From a bacterium (GTDB lineage Bacteria > Planctomycetota > Phycisphaerae > Phycisphaerales > SM1A02), in assembly GCA_046337925.1 (NCBI GenBank), contig JBKCZS010000101.1, positions 1 through 63,620 on the forward strand: a DNA stretch of 63,620 bases. The letters are read 5' to 3'. Both the position numbers and the translations under genes were made by a program. Under the pieces are notes generated by a model that saw only the letters and a program-made list of their open reading frames with translations, did no database searches and was not told the DNA's origin. Each line of letters starts with the position of its first letter. Positions within the stretch are counted from its first letter, which is position 1. This document shows, piece by piece, positions 1 through 8,405 of the stretch.

Positions 1-314
1 GCCGTGCAGTGCCTGGCACTGACTGGCACGTGCCGTGCACCTCCTAGTCGGAGCGGTCGCGGCTGCGGCCGCTCCCTCTGGTGCTTTGAGAAATGGTGCA
101 CGGCACGTGCCGTGCAGTGGCTGGCACTGACTGGCACGTGCCGTGCACCTCGTAGTCGGAGCGGTCGCGGCTGCGGCCGCTCCCTCTGGTGCTTTGAGAC
201 GTAGTCGGAGTGGTCGCGGCTGCGGCCGCTCCCTCTGGTGCTTTGAGAAGTAGTCGGAGTGGTCGCGGCTGCGGCCGCTCCCTTTGGTGCTTGGGAGAGC
301 AGCCGCGACCGCTC
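1..314. repeat. Tandem array of palindrome-containing units (REP/BIME-like): 44-nt unit A x2 and 47-nt unit B x4
   Basis: Unit A lies at 1-44 and 109-152 (2 mismatches). Unit B, tagtcggag[c/t]ggtcgcggctgcggccgctccctctggtgctttgaga, lies at 45-91, 153-199, 202-248 and 251-297. There is a perfect 20-nt palindrome at 97-116. Positions 299-314 are the reverse complement of the gagcggtcgcggctgc core of unit B. Confidence 0.9.
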
Positions 315-1797
315 AGGCCAACAGCCCCGGCACGATCTTCGCGTCGCCCTGCACGCCCGTCAGGCGGTGGTTGAGCCCGGCGTGCATATAGCCGAGGCGC
401 AGGTGGTCGAGCCCGAGGAGATGCAGCACCGTCGCCTGGAAGTCCTTCACGCGCACCGGATCGCGCGCGATGCGGTAGCCGAGTTCGTCGGTCTCGCCGT
501 ACGCCGTTCCGCCCTTCACGCCGCCGCCCGCCATCCACATCGTGAACGCGTGCGGATGATGGTCGCGGCCGAGGAAGTTCTTGTTTCCGTCGCGGAACTC
601 CGCCACCGGCGTGCGCCCGAACTCGCCGCCCCAGATCACGAGCGTCTCGTCGAGCAGGCCGCGGCGCCGCAAGTCGCGGATGAGCGCCGCGACGGGCTGG
701 TCCATCTCGCGGCACTTCTTCGGAAGCTGCGTGAGAAGGTCGTCGCTCGGGCCGGTGCCGTGGCCGTCCCAGCCCCAGTCGTAGAGCTGCACGAACCGCA
801 CGCCGCGCTCGACCAGCCGCCGCGCCAAGAGGCACGAGTTCGCGAGGCTCGGCGTACCCGGCTGCGCGCCGTACTCCTCGAGCGTGGCCGTGTTCTCGCG
901 CGTCAGGTCCATCGCCTCGGGCACCGCCATCTGCATGCGGTACGCAAGCTCGTACTGCGCGATGCGCGACTCAGTCTCGCGGTCGCCGTGCCGGGCGAAG
1001 CCCGCGCGCCCGAGATCCGCGATCGCGTCGATCGTCGCGCGGCGCGTCTCGCGCAGCATGCCGTCCGGGTCCTTCACATACAGCACCGGATCGCCCGACG
1101 CGCGGCACTGGACGCCCTGGTAGACGCTCGGCAGGAACCCGCTTCCCCACACGCTCTTGCCCGCGTCCGGAGTCTTGTCGCCCGACACGAGCACCACGAA
1201 CGCCGGCAGGTCGCGCGTCTCGCTGCCGAGCCCGTAGCCCACCCACGACCCGAAGCTCGCGGCGCCGAAGCGCGACTCGCCCGTGTGGAGCAAGAGCTGC
1301 GCGGGCGCGTGGTTGAACTGGTCGGTCGTCATCGTGTTGATGACGCACACCTCGTCCTCGATCGTGCGGAAATGCGGCAGAAGGTCGCTCGTCCAGAGCC
1401 CCGCCTTGCCCGCGCGCGCGAACCTGTGCTGCGGAGCAAGCAGCGTCGGATGCCCCTTGATGAACGCGAACTTCTCGCCCTTCAGGTACTCGTCGGGGCA
1501 CGGAACGCCGTTGAACTTCGCGAGTTCCGGCTTGTAGTCCAGCAGCTCGAGCTGGCTCGGCGACCCGGCGAGATGGATGTAGATCACGCTCTTCGCGCGC
1601 GCCGCGAAGTGCGGGGCGCGGAGCGCGAGCGGATTGGCCGCATCGATACCTCCGCCCCCCGCACGCGCCTCGCGCGCGAGCAGCTCCGACAGCGCGATCC
1701 CGCCGAGGCTGAACGCGGCGGCGCCGCCGGCGAGGCTTCCGAGGAAGGTCCGGCGCGTCTGCGCGGAAAGGCTGTGCGTGGGGTCGATCGGCTGCAT
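313..1797 (-). CDS. DUF1501 domain protein (sulfatase-like, Tat signal)
   Basis: Start MQPIDPTHSLSAQTRRTFLGSLAGGAAAF carries a twin-arginine signal. Family hallmarks are GGEFGRTP and GRDHHP. The ATG at 1795-1797 was verified. The gene lies directly downstream of the DUF1553 partner, as is usual for this pair. Confidence 0.9.
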   Translation of the reverse strand: MQPIDPTHSLSAQTRRTFLGSLAGGAAAFSLGGIALSELLAREARAGGGGIDAANPLALRAPHFAARAKSVIYIHLAGSPSQLELLDYKPELAKFNGVPCPDEYLKGEKFAFIKGHPTLLAPQHRFARAGKAGLWTSDLLPHFRTIEDEVCVINTMTTDQFNHAPAQLLLHTGESRFGAASFGSWVGYGLGSETRDLPAFVVLVSGDKTPDAGKSVWGSGFLPSVYQGVQCRASGDPVLYVKDPDGMLRETRRATIDAIADLGRAGFARHGDRETESRIAQYELAYRMQMAVPEAMDLTRENTATLEEYGAQPGTPSLANSCLLARRLVERGVRFVQLYDWGWDGHGTGPSDDLLTQLPKKCREMDQPVAALIRDLRRRGLLDETLVIWGGEFGRTPVAEFRDGNKNFLGRDHHPHAFTMWMAGGGVKGGTAYGETDELGYRIARDPVRVKDFQATVLHLLGLDHLRLGYMHAGLNHRLTGVQGDAKIVPGLLA

Positions 1798-4048
1798 GGG
1801 AGTTTCTGGACCGCGTGAGGAACTCGTCGAGAGTGAGGAACACATTCGCCGCCGCCACCAGCGCCGCATCGCGCGCGAGGTCGGACGAGCCCTCGGCCGC
1901 GCGCCCCGCGAGCGTGCGCGCCACATCGTCGCGACCCGCGTACCGCGCGCGCTCCGACGCCACGAGCGCCGCAAGCCGCGCGACCTCGTCGTCGTACGCC
2001 GCTCGCCCGAGCGCGCGCTCGAGCATCGCCCGCACCGCGACCGCATCGTCGGAATGCGCGCGCGCCGACACCGCGAGCGCCTGCGCCGCCTCGAGGTAGA
2101 CGGGGTCGTTCAGCATGACAAGCGCCGCACGCGGCGTGTTCGTGCGCACGCGGCGCACCGTGCAGGTCTCGCGGCTCGTCGCGTCGAATGCGATGAACGA
2201 CGGATACGGCGAACTTCGCCGCAGGAAGGTGTAGATCGCGCGGCGGTAGCGGTCCTCGCCCTCGCTCGTCTTCCACGCATCGCCCGAATAGACGACCTGC
2301 CACACGCCGTCGGGCTGCGGCGGCATCACCGGCGGCCCGCCGATCTTGCGCGACAAGAGCCCGCTCACCGCGAGCGCCGTGTCGCGGATCTGCTCGGCCT
2401 CGAGCCGCACGCGCGGCGCGCGCGACCAGAGCCGGTTGTCCGGGTCGCGCTCGAGCGCCTCGGCCGTCACGGCCGAACTCTGGCGGTAGGTCGCGCTCAG
2501 CACGATCTCGCGCAAGAGCGCCTTCGTCGAGAACCCGCGCGCGACCAGCACGCCCGCGAGATGGTCGAGGAGCGGCTGGTTGCCCGCGCCCGAACCCATC
2601 ACGCCGAAGTCCTCGCTCGTCTCGACGATGCCGCGGCCGAACAGGAGTTCCCACGCCCGGTTGACGGCCACGCGCGCAAACAGCGGGTTCTCGGCGCTCG
2701 CGATCCAGCGCGCCATGCCGAGCCGGTCGCCCGGCTGCGCACCGGCGACGGCGCCGAGCGCGGCCGGCACCGCGGGCGACACTTCCTCCTGCGGGCTCGA
2801 GAGCGACCCGCGCGCGAGGAGATGCGTCTTGCGCCGCGATTCAGCCGCAAGCTCGCGGAGGATCGGCGCGCTCGTCTTCACGCCCGCGCGCTCGACCTCG
2901 AGCCGCGGATGATCGTCGTCGCGGTCGGCGTCCTCGGTCTGGTTGAGATACGCGAGGAACCCGAAGTACTCGCGGTGCGAGAACGGGTCGTACGGATGGC
3001 CGTGGCACTGCGCGCACTGGAAGGTGACGCCGAGGAACGACTGCCAGGTCGTCGACACGCGGTCGAACACCGCGGCCATGCGGAATTCCTCGTTGTCGGT
3101 TCCGCCTTCGGTGTTCGTCAGCGTGTTGCGGTGGAACGCGGTCGCGAGCCGGTCCGCCTCGCTCGCGACGCCCGTCCCCTCGTCGACCAGCATGTCCCCC
3201 GCCAGCATGCGCACCGCGAACTGGTCGTACGGCATGTCGGCGTTGAGCGCCTCGATCACCCAGTCGCGCCACGCCCAGATGTCGCGGCGGCTGTCCTTCT
3301 CGTAGCCCTGCGTGTCGGCGTAGCGGCCGAGGTCCATCCACACGCGCGCGAAGCGCTCGCCGTACGCGGGGCTCGCAAGCAGCGCGTCGACGAACCGCTC
3401 GTACGCGCCGGGGCTCCGGTCGGCAAGAAACGCCTCGCCCAGGGCGTCGTCTGGCGGAAGTCCGGTCAGGTCGAGCGCGACGCGCCGCGCGAGCGTCGCG
3501 CGATCGGCCTCGGGCGCCGGCGCGAGCCCGGCCGCCTCGAGCCCCACGAGCACGAAGCGGTCGAGCGGCCGCGCGATCCACGCCTCGCGCACGACCGCCG
3601 GTGCGGACGGCTCGCCGCGCGGGCGGAACGCCCAGTGCGTCCCCCACGATGCACCCTCCTCGATCCAGCGCTCGATCACACGCACTTCGCGCGGCGAAAG
3701 CGGCGTGCCCTCGGGCGGCATCCGCTTGTTCGCGTCGCTGCTCGCGATGCGCGCAAGCAGCTCGCTTGCGGCTGCGTCGCCAGGCGCCACCGCCGTGCGT
3801 CCGCTCTTGAGCGACGCCGTCACCCGCGCGTGGTCGGACAGGTTGAGACCGGCCATCTCGCGGACCCCGCCGTGGCAGCGGAAGCACTGCGAAGCGAGGA
3901 TCGGAAGCACTTCCCTCGCGAAGTCGACGGGCGCCGGCTCGGCGCCGCGGGTCCCACGCACCGGGGCGAAATCATGGCGGGCATGCATCCCCGCGCTCGC
4001 AAGCAGCGCGAGGGTCGTGGCGCCGAGCATGACCGCGGCGGATCGCAT
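971..4048 (-). CDS. PSCyt1/DUF1549/DUF1553 (planctomycete cytochrome-c-like) protein; the conserved part ends near 1810 but the frame has no stop until 971
   Basis: Signal peptide MRSAAVMLGATTLALLASAGMHA (ATG at 4048; an upstream TTG at 4102 is possible). CxxCH motifs are CFRCHGG and CAQCHGHPYDPF. The DUF1553-like C-terminus is ...NVFLTLDEFLTRS, followed by an Arg/Pro-rich run-on that overlaps the DUF1501 gene. Confidence 0.75.
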   Translation of the reverse strand: MRSAAVMLGATTLALLASAGMHARHDFAPVRGTRGAEPAPVDFAREVLPILASQCFRCHGGVREMAGLNLSDHARVTASLKSGRTAVAPGDAAASELLARIASSDANKRMPPEGTPLSPREVRVIERWIEEGASWGTHWAFRPRGEPSAPAVVREAWIARPLDRFVLVGLEAAGLAPAPEADRATLARRVALDLTGLPPDDALGEAFLADRSPGAYERFVDALLASPAYGERFARVWMDLGRYADTQGYEKDSRRDIWAWRDWVIEALNADMPYDQFAVRMLAGDMLVDEGTGVASEADRLATAFHRNTLTNTEGGTDNEEFRMAAVFDRVSTTWQSFLGVTFQCAQCHGHPYDPFSHREYFGFLAYLNQTEDADRDDDHPRLEVERAGVKTSAPILRELAAESRRKTHLLARGSLSSPQEEVSPAVPAALGAVAGAQPGDRLGMARWIASAENPLFARVAVNRAWELLFGRGIVETSEDFGVMGSGAGNQPLLDHLAGVLVARGFSTKALLREIVLSATYRQSSAVTAEALERDPDNRLWSRAPRVRLEAEQIRDTALAVSGLLSRKIGGPPVMPPQPDGVWQVVYSGDAWKTSEGEDRYRRAIYTFLRRSSPYPSFIAFDATSRETCTVRRVRTNTPRAALVMLNDPVYLEAAQALAVSARAHSDDAVAVRAMLERALGRAAYDDEVARLAALVASERARYAGRDDVARTLAGRAAEGSSDLARDAALVAAANVFLTLDEFLTRSRNSHAADRPHAQPFRADAPDLPRKPRRRRRRVQPRRDRAVGAARARGACGGRRYRCGQSARAPRPALRGAREERDLHPSRRVAEPARAAGLQAGTREVQRRSVPRRVPEGREVRVHQGASDAACSAAQVRARGQGGALDERPSAAFPHDRGRGVRHQHDDDRPVQPRARAALAPHGRVALRRRELRVVGGLRARQRDARPAGVRGARVGRQDSGRGQERVGKRVPAERLPGRPVPRVGRSGAVCEGPGRHAARDAPRDDRRDRGSRARGLRPARRPRD

Positions 4049-4100
4049 GAACCGCAGGATACGGGCATGCACGCCCGGATTGAAGCCTGATCGGTGCCGC

Positions 4101-4131
4101 AAAAAAGAAACGGCCCCGCTTGCGCGGGGCC
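4101..4131 (-). terminator. Rho-independent terminator of the metalloprotease gene
   Basis: Stem ggccccgc/gcggggcc (4112-4119 and 4124-4131) with loop ttgc. On the minus strand it is followed by TTTCTTTTTT. Confidence 0.75.
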
Positions 4132-4162
4132 GGGTGGGGTTCTTCGAGACGCGCGAGCGCGG

Positions 4163-6904
4163 TCAGTTCATCACGACGATCGCTTCGAGCGCCGCATCGG
4201 TGCGGTCCTTGAGGTCCGCGAGGTGCGCACGCGTGTAGGGATCGCAGTTGCCGGTGCCGGCCTTCGCGACCGTGGCGTCGAGCTTCTCCTTGAGACCACG
4301 CAGCTCCTGCGCCGACAGCTGACGCGCGACGCGCGGCAGGCCGGCCTTGCCGGTCGCGACCGCGATGAGGCGGTCGGCGTAGTCGGCCTGAAGGTTGCGG
4401 CGGAACGCGGAGATCATCGGCTTGCGCGGGTCATTCGAGCCCAGCTTCGACGGCGAGATCTCCTGGAAGATCTCGGTCGAGAGCGAGGTCATCAGCTCCG
4501 GCAGCGTGAACGCGTCCTGGTCGGCGGCCACGCGCTTCTCGTTGTCGTAGACGCGGCTGAGCGTCGTCGGATTGAGGAGCATGGTGAGCGCCATCGACTG
4601 CGTGCCCGCGATCTGGTCGTTGATCGGCCAGGTGCTCTCGGTCATGAAGCCGCGCGGATTGTCCATCCACTTCTCGACCGTCATCTTGTTGACGAGCTCG
4701 GGCGTGAGGCCGTACGCCTCGTCGCGGAACGCGGTCTCGATGATGAACTTCAGCGCGGCGCGCTGCTTCTCGACCTCGACGGGCACGAGCGGATCGCCCG
4801 TGTTCGGGTCGCCCTTCTTGGCGCGGCTCACATAGGTTCCGCCGACCCACGGCGCCATCATGTCGATGGTCGAACGCTGCTTGCGGAGGGTCTTCAGATA
4901 GCCCTTGCGCGCGCGCTCCCAGCTGTCGCCGTTCTTCACATACTTGTCGAGGATCGCCGAGCGGAGCATCTTGACGAGCTCCATCTCGCTCTTCGCGTAG
5001 TCGAGCGGATCCTTCGAGAAGTCGTAGCGGCGCGCGAGCGGATCGGGGCCGCCCGTGTCCTCGTCGGTGAGGTACGCGTTGCCCGGCTCGCCCGTGCGCG
5101 CGGCGACCTTGGCCGGATCGTCGAAGGTGTAGCCGTACTCGATCGCCCACATGTCGTAGAGACCGATGCCGACCATGGTGTAGTCGCCCTGGACCTGGTC
5201 CTTGTCGACATTGAAGTTGGTCGACATGTAGTCCATCACCGACGACGCGAGCGGCTTGCCCTTCACCTTGTCGGAGTTGATCTCGTCGAGGGTGTAGAGC
5301 GAGGACGCCTTGAAGTTGTGACGGAGGCCGAGCGTGTGGCCGACCTCGTGCGCGACGAGGTGCGCAAGCTGCGGGCCCGCGAACGACTCGGGCACGCCGT
5401 CGAGCGTGTCGACCTTCGGCGCGTTCGGGTCGGCGCTCTGCTCGTCGAGCGAGAGCACATCGAAGACCATGCTGGCCATCGCCATGTTGTTGGCGAGTCC
5501 GCGCGCCGCGAAGCACATCGAGCCGCACTTCGAGTGGTCGTGCGACTCGCCGCCGGCGACCTTGTACCACTCGGAGATCGCGCGGAGCTCGGGGCTCGCT
5601 GCGACCGCCGGGTCCTTGCGGCTGTCGGCCGGGTCGAGGTCGCCCGACGCGGCGCGCTTCTGGCGATCGAGGAGCGCGTTCTGGCGCTCGCTCGCAGGCA
5701 GGAGCTGGAGGCGCGGATCCCACTGCGGGTGCGACTCGAGCCACACGAGCGTCTCGGGCGTCAGGCTGGTGGCGACCTCGATCGGACGGTCGTCGTACCA
5801 GGCGTAGAACGCGCGGATCCAGCCGTCGGTGAGCACGATGTCGGCGTCGAGGATCTCGCCGGTGATCGGGTGCGCACGGCTCGGACCGATGGCCGTGGCC
5901 ACATCGTTGTTCAGCCAGCGCACGAAGTTGTAGCGCACATCCTCGGGATCCTTGTCCATGTGCGCGCCGGTCACCTCGTCCTGCTGGTAGACCTCGATCG
6001 CGTTGTCGATGCCGATCTTCCGGAACGCCTCGTTCCACTGCAGGATGCCTTCGCGCACATAGCGGCGGTAGCGCACCGGCACCGTGTACTCGACATAGAA
6101 GATGATCGGTTCCTTCGGCGGCGAGAGCGAGAGCTTCGGGTCGCGCTTCTCGAGGTTCCAGCGGTTGATGTAGCGCGTCGCGTTGGTCTCGGTGCCGTAG
6201 AGGCCGAGGTCGCGGTAGCCGGTCAGGAAGTAGCCGACGCGGTCGTCAGCGACGCGCGGCTTGTAGCCCGTGTTGTCGGGAAGCATCGAGATCGAGTAGT
6301 GCACGACCTTGAACTTGCCCGAGGGATCCGGCGCCTCGATGGCGATCTCGAGGTTCTGCGGGAAGCTCTTCGCCTTCGCGATCTTCGCGAGGCGCGCGTT
6401 GAGCGGCAGGCCCACGAGCTGCTGCGACTGGCCGACGAGCATGCCGTCGAGGTCGATCACGGGCTGGCCGGTGGGGCCGGTCGCCACGATCGGCACCTCG
6501 AGCAGCACATTGTCGGTGAAGATGCGCTGCACCGAATCACGCGAGGACTGCTCGCCGGTCGACCGCACATCGAGCTGCGGCTGGATCAGCGCGAGGCGAT
6601 TGCCGTACTGGCGCCAGAACACATACTTCTCAGGGCCCTGCAGGCCGGCGAAGATCTCGCCGCCCGACGGCGTCGCGGCGATCAGGAACCGCATCTTGTC
6701 CCAGCCGCGCGGGAGCTCGGCGAGCATCTGCTCGTCCTTGCGGTTCACGAACAGGTTGAACAGCGATGCGCCGTCGGAACTCGAGACGACCCGCTCGAAG
6801 TTCTTGGAGACATCCGCGAAGGGCGGAAGTTCCTGCTGGGCCGCGGCGACGGCGGTCGCGAGGCACGGAAGTAGCGCGATGCAAATACGGGAAAGCGATG
6901 CCAT
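4163..6904 (-). CDS. Secreted zinc-dependent metalloprotease (HExxH, DUF4953/DUF5117-like family)
   Basis: Signal peptide MASLSRICIALLPCLATAVAAAQQ. Zinc site HEVGHTLGLRHNF. GGAG lies 13 nt upstream of the ATG at 6904. Confidence 0.85.
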   Translation of the reverse strand: MASLSRICIALLPCLATAVAAAQQELPPFADVSKNFERVVSSSDGASLFNLFVNRKDEQMLAELPRGWDKMRFLIAATPSGGEIFAGLQGPEKYVFWRQYGNRLALIQPQLDVRSTGEQSSRDSVQRIFTDNVLLEVPIVATGPTGQPVIDLDGMLVGQSQQLVGLPLNARLAKIAKAKSFPQNLEIAIEAPDPSGKFKVVHYSISMLPDNTGYKPRVADDRVGYFLTGYRDLGLYGTETNATRYINRWNLEKRDPKLSLSPPKEPIIFYVEYTVPVRYRRYVREGILQWNEAFRKIGIDNAIEVYQQDEVTGAHMDKDPEDVRYNFVRWLNNDVATAIGPSRAHPITGEILDADIVLTDGWIRAFYAWYDDRPIEVATSLTPETLVWLESHPQWDPRLQLLPASERQNALLDRQKRAASGDLDPADSRKDPAVAASPELRAISEWYKVAGGESHDHSKCGSMCFAARGLANNMAMASMVFDVLSLDEQSADPNAPKVDTLDGVPESFAGPQLAHLVAHEVGHTLGLRHNFKASSLYTLDEINSDKVKGKPLASSVMDYMSTNFNVDKDQVQGDYTMVGIGLYDMWAIEYGYTFDDPAKVAARTGEPGNAYLTDEDTGGPDPLARRYDFSKDPLDYAKSEMELVKMLRSAILDKYVKNGDSWERARKGYLKTLRKQRSTIDMMAPWVGGTYVSRAKKGDPNTGDPLVPVEVEKQRAALKFIIETAFRDEAYGLTPELVNKMTVEKWMDNPRGFMTESTWPINDQIAGTQSMALTMLLNPTTLSRVYDNEKRVAADQDAFTLPELMTSLSTEIFQEISPSKLGSNDPRKPMISAFRRNLQADYADRLIAVATGKAGLPRVARQLSAQELRGLKEKLDATVAKAGTGNCDPYTRAHLADLKDRTDAALEAIVVMN

Positions 6905-7058
6905 CGGTGGATTCGACTCCGATTGAGGTGGACCCGCACCCGCGGGTCGGGAAGGCGCACTGTACGCCAGACCGCCCTTGGGGACGAGGCGGGACCGTTG
7001 GTACAGCGACGCCAAGGCCTGGTTCGAGACAACGCGCACGGGAGCGGGCAGATTCGGC

Positions 7059-7096
7059 AAAAAGACAGACGGCCGTGCGGTTGGCACGGCCGTCTG
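7059..7096 (-). terminator. Rho-independent terminator of the 7123-8160 gene
   Basis: A 13-bp stem cagacggccgtgc/gcacggccgtctg (7066-7078 and 7084-7096). On the minus strand it is followed by CTTTTTG. Confidence 0.75.
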
Positions 7097-7122
7097 CATC
7101 GATTCACAGAGCTGGGACCGCG

Positions 7123-8160
7123 TCAGACGCAGTCGCCCCACGCGCCGAGCATGGCGGCGAGGTCGCTCGCGTCGGTCGAGCCGTCGCCGTTGATGTCGGC
7201 GCCCGCAGTGCCCCACGCGCCCAGAAGGGCCGCGAGGTCCGCCGCGTCGACCGAGCCGTTGCCGTCGAGGTCGGCCGGGCAGGCCGGGGCCGAGCCCGCG
7301 CTCACCACGAAGAACTGCTCGCCGGGGACATTGGCGAAGTTCACGGCGCGAGGCTCGCCGAAGAACGGTCCGCCGCCGATCGGGCCAAGGACCTGGTTCG
7401 ACATGAAGTCGTGTCCGCCGCCGTTGATGAAGGCGCAGATCTTGAGATCGCCCTCGGTGTAGCCGGGGATCGCCGAAAGCGGGATCTTGATCTCGACGCC
7501 GGTCGTGACGATGCCGGGGGCCTGGATGTCGGTGCCGCCCGCGACGCCGGCGATGTTCGAGTTGTCGAGCCCGTAGCCGAAGCCGACGCCCGACGGGTTC
7601 TGGTCACCGAAGTCGGCGACCGCGCCCGAGAGGCCCGCGCCGCCCGTGCCGAGGTAGCCACCGGTGCCCGCGCCGCCCGTGGGGAGTGTCGCGCGGTTCA
7701 TGTACACCGCGAAGGGCGAGCCGCCGCAGGTGACGCCGACCCAGAAGTCCGCCTCGAAGCCCTTGTCGAAGGTGAGGCCTTCGGGGGCCTTGGTCGCAAG
7801 GTCGTCGCCCATGCGGTTGAGGCCGTTGAAGTCGACATCGAGGTTGTCGCCGCGGAGGCGGTTCTGGCCACCGGGAACGGCGTCGATGAAGACCTCGAGC
7901 TTGTTGAAGTTCGACTCGAGGTTGCCCGTGAGGACGAGGTGCAGGAATCCGCCCTCGATCTTCGCGTAGGCGCTGTTGAGCTCGCTGCCGTTCGCGTAGT
8001 CGACGGTGCCGAGGTTCGAGTCGCCGAACTGGGTCTGCGTGTTCTGCTCGATGACCGGCGCGCCGTACGACTTGTCGACGGCGCCATCGAGGATGATGCT
8101 CTGGGCATTGGCGGCCGAAGCGACGCCAAGGGTTGCGATGAGCGAGAGGGTGGTACGCAT
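7123..8160 (-). CDS. Secreted protein with a putative carbohydrate-binding-like N-terminal domain and a C-terminal double dockerin-like (EF-hand type) repeat
   Basis: SD AAGGAGAG precedes the ATG at 8160. Signal peptide MRTTLSLIATLGVASAANAQ. C-terminus is DLDGNGSVDAADLAALLGAWG...DINGDGSTDASDLAAMLGAWG. Confidence 0.75.
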   Translation of the reverse strand: MRTTLSLIATLGVASAANAQSIILDGAVDKSYGAPVIEQNTQTQFGDSNLGTVDYANGSELNSAYAKIEGGFLHLVLTGNLESNFNKLEVFIDAVPGGQNRLRGDNLDVDFNGLNRMGDDLATKAPEGLTFDKGFEADFWVGVTCGGSPFAVYMNRATLPTGGAGTGGYLGTGGAGLSGAVADFGDQNPSGVGFGYGLDNSNIAGVAGGTDIQAPGIVTTGVEIKIPLSAIPGYTEGDLKICAFINGGGHDFMSNQVLGPIGGGPFFGEPRAVNFANVPGEQFFVVSAGSAPACPADLDGNGSVDAADLAALLGAWGTAGADINGDGSTDASDLAAMLGAWGDCV

Positions 8161-8405
8161 CTTTCTGGACTCTCCTTGAAGGTAGAAACGGTGTTGCTCT
8201 GGATCGGGCCGTCGAGGGACGGCGTGAACGCGACGGACCGGTCGGAATCTGTCTCCGCGGTTCACGCCGCAAATCTAGCCCAAGACTCCGCGATTCCGAA
8301 ACGGCTTGGAGCGATCTTGCGGTTTGTGCGGGCAATACCCATTGGTTACAGGGCGTCGGCGGTGCGAGCGCACAGCGCCCGGCCTCGTTCGTCGCCCATG
8401 TGCGC

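Noticed and set aside
100-145. TGGCAC motifs in unit A as sigma-54 (-24/-12) promoters.
   Set aside because: No TTGC -12 element lies at the correct 4-5 nt spacing. The motifs are parts of GGCAC/GTGCC palindromes that repeat with the unit.
1-314. Possible CRISPR array, given regularly repeated ~47-nt units.
   Set aside because: The repeats are directly adjacent or separated only by another repeated unit. There are no unique spacers and no cas genes in the window.
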